NCBI GenBank assembly: GCA_001244265.2 | Contig: CDLV01000007.1 | Span: 620,001-684,000 of the forward strand | Reading direction: 5' to 3' | DNA: 64,000 bases | DNA from: Microbotryum violaceum | Lineage: Eukaryota | Part shown: positions 51,697 to 64,000 of the stretch, piece after piece | Layout: every line of letters begins with the position of its first letter | Numbering within the stretch: position 1 is the first letter of the stretch | Made by a program: the position numbers and the translations under genes | Notes under the pieces: generated by a model | Told to the model about the DNA's origin: nothing | Database searches by the model: none | Seen by the model: only the letters and a program-made list of their open reading frames with translations

Positions 51697-52099
51697 GTGA
51701 AGACTCCGGGGTAAGAGGTATGACCACGAAGGGTGAGCGAAAAGAGAGGACAGTGAGAGAGAGAGGATGTACACGAAAGGACGATAGCCTGCGTATGTGT
51801 CGCCGGTCGGACAGCTTCCCTTTCTTAACCACCCCACTATTTCTCGCGAAACACCGAGCCGGGCGTCGGAGCTTCGGAGTGTTGCACCGCGTGCCGGCGC
51901 ACCAGAAGGCGGGGGGGCCAGCTGGTCACTCGGCGGATCGCACCATCGCCTGCTGATCCGAGAAAGTTGGAAAATGAACGGCAAGGAATTACCGAAATGA
52001 AGTCCTATTATGCATTCATCTTGCTTTACCCTTTCATTTAAAATACATTACCCACTTGTGGACGTGCCAGGAGGAATGATGTGATTCAAATTTGCAATC

Positions 52100-53760
52100 G
52101 CGCCAAAGACCGTCAGCCCATGCCAAGGCCCGGGATCCCGGGATCCTGAGACCCGCGGATTCACCGAATCTGATACCAAGGCCACGGTCCGCGTCCGTTG
52201 TTTTGTCTGCCCGAGGTGGGGCCGCGGGTGCTTCGAGTAGTTAGATCGTCGAGAAGATGCTCTCTTCATCATGAGCATGGGATCAGCGGCGCGCCCCGTT
52301 CAGTTTGCTTGCATTGGTTCCGGCTTCCGAGCTTCTTTTTTGGATCGAAGGCCGGTTGGATATTCTTGCCCGCGTACAACACCGTCGGTTTCAGATCAGG
52401 TATGGTGAAAGAAGTGCAAATATTGCCGGTGGATCGTTGCCTACCTTATAGGCTGGTGTCTATTTCGGGTTTGAAGGAAGACTCGCCAGTGCAGGTAAAC
52501 AGGTCCCACCCATAAAGAGTTGCACGCGTTACAGAGCAAAAAAGCAAAAGAGCAAACTGATCGTAAAATAAGCTTACACAAAGAAAAGTATTGAGCTTTC
52601 TGTATTCCTCGAAGTGATAATCACATGCTCCCTTTTTCTTCAACGAAATGTTCTCATAGAATGGCATCCCCTTTAAAATTGTTCGATCTCAAGGAGCTGA
52701 AGACACTCGCGCGCCGCTACGGACCGGCTTCCGACGACCGCTGACATCCCTTTACCCCAGCTGAACCTCAAGCTTTCGATTGTCTCAGAGTCATCATGGC
52801 GAGTGTAAGATGCCTCCAATGTCCATGCAACACTGGTCCAAGATGATTGGTTCCGCCGTGCATGGGGACGAGCATCGAGTAGTACTCTGTGATTAACCTC
52901 GAAATGAAACCAGGCACCCGGGGCGGCAAAATGCGTCACGAAGATCGCCAATGGTTCGCGGCGTCGGTGTTCGGGTTCTTCTTCAGGCACGGTATGTGAG
53001 ACTACTGCAGTACTCCAATTCCGGGTGTGCGAGCAGAATCTCAAGCATAGAGGAGTCCAAAGCAGTCTGGTCCCACACCGTTGACGTTATGCAACCGTGA
53101 CTTGGCATCAGACGTCGATGGGGCTCCGGCGTGCATGCGCCTCTGATGAAGCGATCAGCATTCATGGGAAACGGCACGAGATGGGAAGAGGAGGACGTAT
53201 GATCACACTTGCTAGTTTTGAGCACAGTGGACGCATAGGGGTTTATTAGTGCTTCAGAGCCTTAAGTTAGGCGGGGATGCAAGGCACCGCTGAAGAGGTT
53301 TTCGCTCGATCGTTTCAGCTTAAAGTAAGCTTTCCGCGGATGTCGAAGCGCCAGGAATGGGAAAGCAAGACCCGTGAGATGGTTTACGACACCTGCTGTG
53401 GGTGTAGGAACCGAGACCAGGAACAAACATTGATACGCGGTTCTCTCACGAGACGCGAGCCACAGCTGTTGCAGAAACAACTCCTGTTCCTGATCCGACT
53501 GCGTCTTTTCGGTGCGTATTTACTTCCTCTCGGTAAAGGCACTGGGAGCCAGACGCGTCCTTGTATACTTTATTCCAACCAAGACTTTCTTATGCCACGT
53601 GATCTATCCAAAGGTTTGCAGGCACCAACTCGGACGATCCAATGGTGCTTTGACCGTTGCGAATTGAGCTCGCGCTCGGAAGCTCCGGACGGACCGCCGA
53701 TTGTGAGAAACTCGAGAAGACATCAGGGCGTCTCACCGAGTCTCGAAACTCACGCACCTT
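52100..53760 (-). pseudogene. Possible degenerate hypothetical gene
   Basis: Fragmented minus-strand ORFs (52446-52667, 52673-53044, 52983-53225). No domain recognised. Confidence 0.25.
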
Positions 53761-54194
53761 CCTGATGACCTGAGGAGAATGAAGCGAATCTTGAACGTGA
53801 GAAGACTACTGACAGGTTCAAAAAAGGCCCGGAACTGTGGTTCAGGAACCGAGGTATGAGGGCCAGGGATCCCCAACTTCAATTAATTATGAACGTCCCA
53901 TCCAAAGTCTGCTTTTCCGCAGACGGCCGATTGGATGGTCCGTGCGCGGTATCACCGAAGCGCCGCCCCACTTGAGCTTGCACCTTCAGCCAGGGCCCTT
54001 CACTTGGCTCGAGCCCCCACCCAGTCACCATTCGCGCACCACCACACGCTTTCACAGAGCGGAGTTCAGGACTGTGTTGAGGCTCAGATCAAGTTGCCGA
54101 GCACTGCTCCGCCCTGCTTATCATGTCTCGACGTGATCGCAAGCGGATCGACTTCTCATCCCTCGAGGCCTCAACGAACGGCCCAGCTTCCACA

Positions 54195-56098
54195 ATGCAA
54201 TATCGCATCTCGGCGCTGCTCCGAGGACACACCGATGACGTACGAGCTTTAACGAGTGCTCCCGATGGGACGCTTTATTCGGCGTCGAGGGACGGGACCG
54301 TCAAGAGCTGGCGAAGGACGGCGAAGGAACCGAATGGACAGGAGGGGAGATGGGAGTTGCAGAGGACTTGGGAGGGATTGCATACGGGGTTTATCAACTC
54401 CGTTTGCTGGATCAGGAAGAAGAGCTTCGATACTGGTAAGCCCGTGTGTAGACAGGTCGTGAGGGCTCGGCGTGGACAGGCCCGTGATCAAGTGGAGCCC
54501 CGATTGTCGAGCTGATTCGGTCTTTACCTTTGGGATGGTGCTGCTCAGGCCTTCTCTGCACCGGTGGTCAAGATTCTTTAATTCAAGTCGTATCATTGAC
54601 CGCTCCCGATGCACCACCTCGTACCTTGCTCGGCCATGGCCACAATGTATGCTGTCTCCACGCTTCGGCAGACGGGAAGCGACTCGCTTCGTAGGTCACC
54701 ATCTCGTCTCGCAAATTTGGTGCGACACTCAAGGCTGAAAGCCTCCTATTCCTCTTGTCCAGAGGGAGCTGGGATTGTACCGCGCGGATTTGGGACGTCG
54801 AATCCGGGGAATGTCTTCAAGTCTTGACCGACCATACCGCAGCCGTTTGGGATGTGCTCTGCATCGACGTCAAAGGGTACGAAGGGACCGTGGTTACAGG
54901 TGAGCAATATCTCGTGGAAATGTTCACGAGGGAAGGGTGCTGATCGGACCTAGGTGATTGTTGCAGCTTGTGCCGATGGCTTAATCCGATCGTTTCGGGA
55001 CGGTCAACGGAAACAGCTTTTCAAAGGACACGAAGGGCCCGTTCGAGCTTTGGCCAAGATCACCCCCGAAGTCACCGATGGGTTGATGTTTGCTTCCGCG
55101 AGCAATGATGGGTAAGCGAGAGGATCAGGCTCACTAGTCTTTCGAAAAAATGTTGAGTGGTTGTGGGGTCTCGACGCGCACAGTACGATCCGAATATGGC
55201 ACCTCGACGGCACCGAACTGAACGTCTTGGATGGCCACGACTCGTTTATCTATTCGCTCGTTAGTATACCTTCTTCCTCGAACGGAGGGTTGGCTTCCTC
55301 TGGTGAGGATGGGATCATAAGGATTTGGAACGAGGAGGACGGGGGATTGGATCAGGAGGTGTTGGTACCGCCGCTCTCGGTGTGGGCGTTGACGACGCTT
55401 GCGGATGGCGATTTGGCTTGTGGGTGCTCGGACAATTGTATTTGGGTTTTCACGAGGGATGATGTGAGGAGGGGAGCGGATGAAGGGACGAGGGTAGCGT
55501 ATGAGAGTGGTTTGAAGGAGAGGGAGAGGATGCAGAAGCTCAAGGCGGGGATGGATGGTGGGAAGAATGAGATGCCAAAGGTGGGAAAGGTCGAGGAGTT
55601 GGAGGATGCGGGCACGAAGCAGGGCGAGGTCAAGTTGGTCGAGACGGAGACGGATGGAGTGCATGCTTTCATGGTACGAATGCTCCTTCTGTTTTGCTGG
55701 CGGTTTCACCTGGATTGCTGATCCCTCTGATCACACCGAAACAGTGGGACGGATCGACTTGGGAAGATGTCGGACAAGTCGTCTCGGAACCCTTAAGTTC
55801 ACCAGCCTCGAAACCGACTGAAAGGATGCAACACGAAGGTGTCGAATATGACTACGTTTTCTCAATCGACACCAAAGACGATGAGCCTCCTCTCAAGTTG
55901 CCTTACAATATTGGAGGCAAGCTTGTTCTCCAATCTCCTAAGCGGTGAACATTTCATTGAGTTGCTCGGCTAGCAAACCTGTACTTTCCTTCACTAGATG
56001 ACATGCACGAGACAGCCGCGGCTTTCATCAAGCAGCATTCTTTACCAGAGTCATATACGTCTCAAATTGTCGACTTCATCAAGGCGTCTTCTTCATAG
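54195..56098 (+). CDS. DOA1: Doa1/PLAA-like WD40 + PFU protein lacking the PUL domain
   Basis: LRGHTDDVRAL, SASRDGTVKSW, GSWDCTARIWD, SASNDG, SSGEDGIIRIW. PFU motifs EGVEYDYVFSID...LKLPYN...FIKQHSLPESYTSQIVDFI. Stop at 56098. Confidence 0.88.
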
Positions 56099-56198
56099 TA
56101 GACCCCTGAATGACACAACGCTACACAGCTTGCAACCCATCTGAAAAGTAATACAACCCAAAAATGATCTACCCTCCCACGCGCAAGCAGAACAACCC

Positions 56199-58515
56199 CT
56201 ACGCAGTGCCTCCCTGAACAGTCTGCGGCCCCCTTTCCTTCCTCCGATCGTCCAATTCGCCCGTCCTAACCCAACTCTCCACCCCCAATTCCTCCCTCCC
56301 GAAACTCAACGCCATCAACCGACTTGCCGTCATCCTAAACACCAAATCATCCTGCGTCATACCCTGCCCTCCAACGGATTTGGATCTTCGGTCGACAAAG
56401 TCGGCTTCAATCGTTTCGGACATACTTTCGGGGACGCTGAAAGAGGCATGTTTGAAAGTATGGAGGAAGGAACGCCATTCGAATAATTTGACTTGGGAAA
56501 CTTGGGGAACTTTGAACGTCGAGGTCGTCGTTTGGGGTTGTACGTAGACGACACAATCCGTAGGGATGATCGCCTTCCCTTGTGAAAGTACGACGAAGCC
56601 CAAATTCGTCTCGAGGTCAAAGCTCGCATAAGGGAACTCATACGACAATTTTTGTTGCGCGATCGTCGTGGCCAAATGGCGGAGATTCTTGACGCCTGTA
56701 TCGACGAGTTGACCTTGACCGATTGAAAGAGTGTCGACGAGGACCAGGGTGTTGGAGGCGAGTTGGAGGGCGCCGGCGTGTAGGGATTCTTCTATTGTTC
56801 GGGGGGCTAGAGGAGTTGAGGAGGGGGAATTGAGGATCGGGATTGTGATGGAGAGGTGGGTGGAGCGTGGAACCAGGGTTGAGATGAACTGAATCAGGTG
56901 TTCGCTCGTGTCGGGAGCGATCGTGCCCAAAGGGTAGGCGAGGTTCAGCGAGAGAGATCCAAGGGCAAGGCCGGTCGGGTGTCGCAGATGACTGTTCAAC
57001 GGAGGAAGACTTCAGTCGACCGCGGAAAGGCCGGAACGTCATTCCTTGCGTGCGACTCACATCCGAGCCAACAAAGCGAGCAGGAGCCACTCGGCTGCAT
57101 CCGAATCACCCTGTAAGAGCGTGGTCAGATGGTCGACCAGTTCCTTCCTCAGCGCGAGGTAATCCGTAGCTTTGTCGACGGGGGCGATCGGGTAAGTGAC
57201 GGGGAGGTTGAGAATGACGTGAAGCGAGGGGATCGGAGCCGAGGGTGCTACGGTGGCGCCTGATTGCGCAGCAAGCTGGTCGAACGAGTCCGTGAGTCTG
57301 AGCGTGGTAGAGTTCCTCGTTAGCGGTTGACAGTTGAGTGCTGAGATGTTCCCCACTCACTGTGTCTCGCCAAGGATGCCAACAAAGTCATAGACATCGG
57401 TCGTCTTGATCTTGTCTGCTGCCTCGCCGTAGATCTGTCCGATGAGATGACAAACTAAGTGACCGCACCGGCCCGCCTTTAACCACAGCAATTTCAACGT
57501 ACCTTTGCAATACATCCGAAATGACGTTCCGAAGGGATCGGATACTTGTTGGGCAGGCCCGAACGTGTCTCAGCAGAGCCTTCTTGGAGCGAAAGCGAGG
57601 CGACGCTGCTCTGGAGCGCTGGTAGAACAAGAGATAGTCCGGTCCAATTAGTTTTCGTTCCTTCTGAGATGGTGGTTTCTTTTAAACTCACGTTGCTTAT
57701 CCGATGCCTGGTGGTGCAGAAACAACCAAAAATAGTCACGCGGTCAGGGTTTTCCGTCCACTTCTCGGCCAGCGCAAGTGGAAAGGCTTGGACTGACAAG
57801 TTTGACCCATTCGTTCTCTCCCGGAACAGAGACGATATAGAAGCTCTGACGCTCTTGCAGATTCGTATAATCCTCCTCCTCATGAATGACCTGTTCGTGA
57901 AGCAACCATAGTCAGGTGTGATTGTTGCCCGCCTTCGATACGGGATCGACTCACGCCTCCGGATTCTTGCGTGTTCACCTGAACCTCGTCCCTACCAAAC
58001 ATGACGACCCTTTCTTGACCATTCGACGTTGATTGTGTAGCACGGTACAGCTCGGACCCGTACCCTGTGTCTTGAACCATGGCGCGGAAACGGACGAGTG
58101 AACCGAGCGCGGGCAGGGTCGATGGAGTTGTGGTGGAGGTGATGAGCGGGAGCTGGGGTCATTTCCGAGTTTTCGAGGAGTCAGTATGGTGAGTAAGGTA
58201 TGGGCATTCGAGGTGGTGGAGTGGAGGGCGATGATGCGGTCACCGACGAGCATTTCGTCGCCCAAATCAGGTACACCACTCAACTCTACCCACCTGATCA
58301 AGATTCTTTCCTTCTTCAAACAACTTGGCGAAACGCTCCTGAACGAGCTTGTCGAACGCACTGAACGCCAAAGTCGGACTGGGCAAGCGCGACGTCGAAG
58401 CTGAATCTCGATGGCCCGTCGTCGAGCTTGAGCGGAGTTCATCTTGGCGTCTTTGGTACAGTGTGTCGATGAGCTCAAAGGGGGCCGTGAGGGCTGTGTG
58501 CAGGTCGGCTAACAT
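56199..58515 (-). CDS. MCMBP: MCM complex-binding protein (MCM-BP)
   Basis: SLVRFRAMVQDTG, CIAK|IYG, DFVGIL, LQGDSDAAEWLLLALL, LHAGALQL, YEFPY. Confidence 0.88.
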
Positions 58516-58573
58516 GGTGGGCTTGGAGGGGGGGTTTGTGCGGCGATGTGGTGGGTAGTAGGCGGAAGAAGAG

Positions 58574-58647
58574 ACGCGTCCAATCGAGACGCGTTGAAAT
58601 TTGTCACGCGCGTCGGGAGAGGAAAAGTCTCGGATCCATTTACGCGA
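58574..58647. promoter_or_regulatory. Cluster of MCB-like (ACGCGT) motifs upstream of MCM-BP
   Basis: ACGCGT at 58574 and 58589, ACGCGCGT at 58606, ACGCGA at 58642. Confidence 0.55.
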
Positions 58648-58972
58648 CGTCGGCCACGCTCGGGCAGGGGAAAGTGCAGCATGAGCAACGTCCTTTCCGG
58701 CTGTCATGCCCCGGTACTTATGTCTTTCGGCCAGAACACGCTCTCTAGCAAAGCAGGTCGCGTGTGGTGTCGTGACAGGAATAGCTCCCTTCCCTTCTAT
58801 CGAGGATTTCATTGTGCTAAGGGGGGGGGGGGGCTCGTTAGGAAAAAGAGTGTATAATACAAAGACTCAACCACGTCAAAAGCGTAGTTAGAGTTTTGTT
58901 TTTTTCTTTCTACAGTACATTAGCTCTTTTAATGCAGACGTGTTTTTTTTCTCTTGGTAATTTTGATCCGCT

Positions 58973-59850
58973 TCATACGACGCCCAAATAATCTTCCTTG
59001 ATGGTCCCGATCGCGAACTGCAAAGTCGATAGACGCGATTGTTTAGCAACAAGATCATGTCATGGCCGTCGTCGAGGCTAGGACCTACAATCTCGGTCGC
59101 GTCGACCCGTGTGCCGACAATCTTTAACCGGATATGCGCTCCTTTTTCAATCGTCAACTGTGGGCATCTCCCGGCGTCAGTATCAGGAACATTTTGTGGA
59201 TCGAACGAGCCGAACGAAACACACATTCTCTTCTGCACTTGTCAGACATGGTGGGTTCGCGTTGGGGTCGAATGCGAAATCGGATGGGATCAACTGTGAG
59301 GAGGTCAAAGAGATCAGCTCGGGGTGCCTGTTTTCCTGATGCAGTACGAGTGTGACTTGCATGTGTCGAGATGAAGCATTGTAACGGTCCAACATCCGCA
59401 AAGACGCCCATCTATATATGCAATAATCGCATCGAATCCGAATCAGCCCCACCGCATACGAACCGATTGGACCGAGAAGGAACCGACCTTGTTGACACTC
59501 GCGACGACGCCATCGACGACCTCCCCCCGGAACGGTCTATACACGATCGCCTTGTAGGATATCCTGAACTCTGCGCCACCTTCGATGACCTTGCCTCTCC
59601 CGATATCGTCGATCGAAAGCACGGATATGATGTAGCCGAGTTTACCTGAACATGAGCCTTCGACGGTGTCGCGTAGCCGGGTGTGGAGGTAGTCTTTTAG
59701 AGCGGGGGTGAAGTAGGAGGGGTGGAGGGTGACGACTTGGACTAGTTCCTTCTGTGAAGGGCAAAGGGGTGAGAATGGGAGGTGGGAGTGAGGGATATGG
59801 GGCAAAAAAGTCAAAAGTAGGAGCAGGAGGCTACTTACGAGGAAGAACAT
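58973..59850 (-). CDS. RPB7: RNA polymerase II subunit RPB7
   Basis: MFFL|KEL...LHPSYF...VEGSCSGKLGYII...YRPFRGEVVD...VNK|MGVFADVGPL...RLKIVGTRVDATEI|FAIGTIKEDYLG. Confidence 0.96.
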
Positions 59851-60145
59851 TCCCACCGCGGTCCCACGACAAGGAACGAGGGGGAGGAAAGGGAAGGTAC
59901 ACACACCCGACAACGACGACTGCTGTACTGGATCGCTGTTCCCAGTCAGCCGTACTAGCTACGACCTGCTAGGTTGTTGAAGGGGGCAGCAATCCAGAGC
60001 GACCGATGCGACTCGAGACCTGGAGCGCACAACCAGGACACGGTGACGCAAAAGGGAGAAGAACATGTTCAGCGAACTGAGATCGTTCGACTTTGGGGTA
60101 CAGTGTACAGGTGCTGTTTCCGGTTCGTGTGCGTGCTCGGCTTCG

Positions 60146-60240
60146 TGCTCCGTCTTTGCTGCTCCGTCTTTGCTGCTCCGTCTTTGCTGCTCCGTCTTTG
60201 CTGCTCCGTCTTTGCTGCTCCGTCTTTGCTGCTCCGTCTT
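60146..60240. repeat. 14-bp minisatellite (TGCTCCGTCTTTGC) x~6.8
   Basis: Perfect tandem copies in the rpb7/yme1 divergent intergenic region. Confidence 0.95.
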
Positions 60241-60895
60241 CCTTGATTCCACCCGGACACCTTTCCCCCCCCCTCCTTCGTTGTGTCGCCGCTATGCAAC
60301 CCGACTGCACGACAAACAGAGTATGTGCCTCACCCCGTGTATGCGATGCGCAGACGGCTGTCTCTCGAGTGTCGCACACCCCGTCACACCGATGGACGCC
60401 TCAGCCGCGAGTGTTGACGAGCTGGAGGTGGTATATGATCCTTGCGGGTCGTCGTCCAGGCTGTCGTATGGTATGTAGCAGTCGACTTGGACGGGCGAGG
60501 TCGGTGTCGAGGGTGTGCGGCGCGGTGAGAGGGTAGAGACGGTCGCTGGTCGGGCAAAGAGTCCAGAGGCAACCGGCGAGGTTGGCGTTTGCTGAGGCGC
60601 TGAGGCACTATTTATCGAGACTAATGCTGGCTAAAGCTTGCTATCAAGGCCCCGCGAGCGCGCGACTGTGGAGGACTGTGGGCGATCGCCGACGGCCCCG
60701 GCTGGCCTTGCGACTGCCTCGCGCTCTCTCGCGCTCTCGCGCTCTCGCGCTCTCGTGCGTGCGCTCTCCTCTTACCCGAGTCGAGTTGTCTGATCGTCGT
60801 CTTGCGCTCCGTCCCGCATCTCCCTCTTTTCCTCTCCGGGATCGGGTGTGGTCGTCGGCGTCTTTTCTTCGTGGCCTCTACCGTGGTGCGCCACC

Positions 60896-63786
60896 ATGTC
60901 GACCTCGATCGCGATGACGATGCAACGGCAACGGCATACGCTCAGGTCGGTTTTGACGACGGCGATCGCTTCGACCCGACTGACGCGGCCTCTCCCAGCT
61001 GCTGCCTTCGGTGAGGTAAGCACCCATATCGTGTGCATCGTGGTCATTCCATCGCTTCAGCTTACCCTCTTACGATTTCGCTTCACCAGCGCACCTCGAT
61101 CGTCCCCTCCTCGCAAGGTGGATCGTCCCGATTCGCTTCGACTTTGTCATCGACCTCCTCAGCAGTGAGGCGTAATTCCTCCTCCTCCTCCTCGCCATCA
61201 CCATCGTGGCAGCGAGCTGTATCCAACAGTACAAATCAAACATTCGCTCGCACTTTTTCCGCTGTACCTACCACAGCCACATCCACCACACGGCACCCCT
61301 TTTCCACCTCGGCCCTCGCTCGCGCCCAGCCCACATCCTCCGCCGCAGCCTGGTCTTCACCCTTTGGTCGTTTCAACACGCTCTCCTCCCTACGCACCAA
61401 AGCCTCCAACGACCCTTCCAACCTCCCACTCCAACGCCAACTCTTCACCAAGCTCCTCCACTCCCCCAAACCCCAAGACCAAGAAGAGCTCATCGGTCGC
61501 TACGAAGAATTGTCCGGATTGTGGATGGTCGAACCGGCGCCTTCGACGACCGCGGTCACGACCGAGCAACAGGTCACCTTGCTCAACGATGACGAGCTGT
61601 TTGCCGCTTATTTGAGGGCCTTGGCCGCGAGGGCAGCGGTCGAAAGTGATCCGTCGTCATATTTCGCCAAGCTCAATACGGCTTGGCCGATTCGACAGGG
61701 CAAACTCGCTCCTTCGACGACGGCAATACCAGCTGCTCCGTCCACCGCCGAGGCCGAAGCCACAGCCGCAGCCGCCTCGACATCAACACCATCGTCAACT
61801 TCGTCAACGGCATCCGCACCTTTCACAACACCGGCGCTCACCCCTGCCGCACTCGTCACAGCTCTCTTCTCCGGCGCGGGCGGTCGAGGCAAAGGCGGCG
61901 ATGCCCGAGTCGTTTCTGGAGGTAGCAGTTGGCCTTTTTCATCGGGGTCATCGTCGACTAGTTCAGGTGGCCCTGAGCCCATCAGGGTCGTCGTTGAAGA
62001 GGTCAAGAGTCCTTTGGCGTTGAGGATGCTGCGCTTCATCCTCGTTACCGTTTTGTACTCATTCTTGCTGTGAGTTCACGAACGGGAGAGCGGAAATAGT
62101 GATCCCCAATTGGACTGACGAATGGGAATGCTCTATGCACTGCAGCCTTTCCCTCCTCTCGCTCTTGCTCGATTCATCAGGCATTCTTCGAGCCGGAGCG
62201 GCCCAGACGACCCCTTTCCAAACTACGCCCCCACCCGACCCGCACGACCCTTCAGGACGAGGCACGACCTTCAAGGACGTGCACGGTGTCGAGGAGGCCA
62301 AGGAAGAATTGTACGAGATTGTCGAATTCCTCAAGGATCCCGAGAGGTTCTCCAAACTCGGTGGTCGCCTACCGAGGGGTGTTTTACTTACAGGTCCGTT
62401 CATCGAGCCTATCTACCTAAGGGAGATCGCAAAAAAGGCTGACCTTTGATATTGCGCCTTTTTTTGCAACCGGACCAGGCCCTCCTGGTACAGGCAAGAC
62501 CTTGCTCGCTCGTGCGGTCGCGGGTGAAGCAGGTGTGAGCTTCTTCTCCGCCTCGGGATCCGAGTTTGACGAGATGTACGTCGGCGTCGGCGCTCGACGT
62601 ATTCGAGAATTGTTCGCGACCGCTAGGAAGAACGCGCCTTCGATCATCTTCATCGATGAGATCGACGCGATCGGTGGCAAACGATCACCCAGGGATCAAC
62701 ATTACATCAAGCAGACCTTGAACCAATTGTTGACCGAATTGGATGGGTTCTCACCGGGTGAAGGCGTCATCTTGATCGGAGCGACCAACTTTCCTGAATC
62801 GCTTGACAAGGCTTTGGTTCGAGCCGGTCGATTCGATCGCATCGTCGCCGTACCACTACCCGACGTTCGAGGACGAGCCGAAATTTTAAAGCATCACATG
62901 CGTAACATTCAATTCGATCGAGCCCAAGTCGATATCACCACCTTGGCCCGAGGAACGATCGGTTTCTCCGGCGCGGATCTACAAGCTTTAGTCAACCAAG
63001 CCGCGGTCAAAGCCTCGTCCGACCACGCTTCGGCCGTGCGCTCCAGTCATTTCGAATGGGCCAAGGAAAGGATCATGATGGGTGCCGCAAGGAAATCGGC
63101 TTTCATTTCAGAAACGGATAAATTGGCGACGGCGTATCATGAGGGTGGCCATGCTTTGGTCGCGCTTTATACGAAAGGGGCTTATCCGCTACAGAGTATT
63201 ACGGTCGTACCGAGGGGCAACGCGTTGGGGTATACATTGATGCTACCCGAGGCGGATAAGAACTCGCATTCGCTTTCAGAGTATAGAGCAAAGTAAGTGT
63301 CGCTCGTGTACGATCTTTTAAAAAACCACTTCCTCGAGCTCATCTCAAAAATCGAACCCCCGCTCCCCCCCCCCCCCCCTCTTCCTCCCCAGATTGGATG
63401 TGGCGATGGGTGGTCGAGTCGCCGAAGAATTGATCTACGGTAAAGATCATGTCACCGACGGTGCCTCTTCCGACATCTCCAACGCGACCTCCATGGCCTC
63501 CAACATGGTCCGTCGCTTCGGATTCTCGGACCTGATCGGACCCGTGGCGCATTCCAACGATCCGGATTCCCAAACGTCGCCTGATACGCAAGCGAAGATC
63601 GAACAGGAGGTGAGGGGTATGATTGAGGAGGCGCAGAATAGGGCGAGAGATTTGTTGTTGGAGAGGAAGGAGGAATTGGATAGGCTCGCCAAGGCTTTAG
63701 TGAGGTATGAGACGTTGACGTTGAAGGAGGTGGAGAAGGTTGTAAAAGGGGAGGAGATTGAGAAGGATCCGTTGGATTTGGTTTGA
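60896..63786 (+). CDS. YME1: Mitochondrial i-AAA protease (FtsH family)
   Basis: [55 protein letters not shown] zinc motif, MGGRVAEEL. Confidence 0.96.
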
Positions 63787-64000
63787 ACGCCAGTCATGGA
63801 AGGAAATAATAAACCCAATTCTGTAGGAGCTGTGTGAGCTGAGGTGTGGAGCAGCGACTCTTTAACTCTCTCGATGAGGTTTTACGAAAGTCCAATTTTG
63901 GAGAGCAGCTTTTGACTTTTCAGAACAGCAACCGCCCAAGAGCTAGAACCTCTTTTCCGTTTTTCTCCTAAAAACAAAACAACTTAGACAGTCTCTTAAC

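Noticed and set aside
60146-60240. CRISPR-like array
   Set aside because: The units are contiguous with no unique spacers, and the context is eukaryotic. The same applies to the 18-bp repeat at 31978-32060.

Overview
Intron-rich, GC-rich eukaryotic DNA from a basidiomycete fungus, probably Microbotryum or a relative (inferred from gene content and a recalled effector; not database-checked). Two gene-dense arms carry shugoshin, a Rap1-like telomere protein, an Apc15/Mnd2-like protein, an ankyrin-MYND protein, a KDM5 demethylase, an F-box protein, a tail-anchored thioredoxin, synaptojanin, mitochondrial S11, a 156-aa secreted effector-like protein, two low-complexity hypotheticals, an Hst3/4 sirtuin, a CCCH protein, a PUL-less Doa1, MCM-BP, RPB7 and YME1. 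Between them is a 12.2-kb nested transposon stack (27648-39880) about 330 bp upstream of the effector. Its outer layer is a pogo/Tc1-mariner-type remnant (25-bp TIRs, TA TSD). Inside are two related cut-and-paste elements with 31-33-bp TIRs and 8-bp TSDs. The first encodes an Ulp1-type SUMO protease joined to a P-element-like DDE transposase. The second is non-autonomous and holds a Helitron and a LINE fragment. The Ulp1 + P-like transposon family is the best candidate for an undescribed system. Exon boundaries were read by eye and are approximate unless stated.
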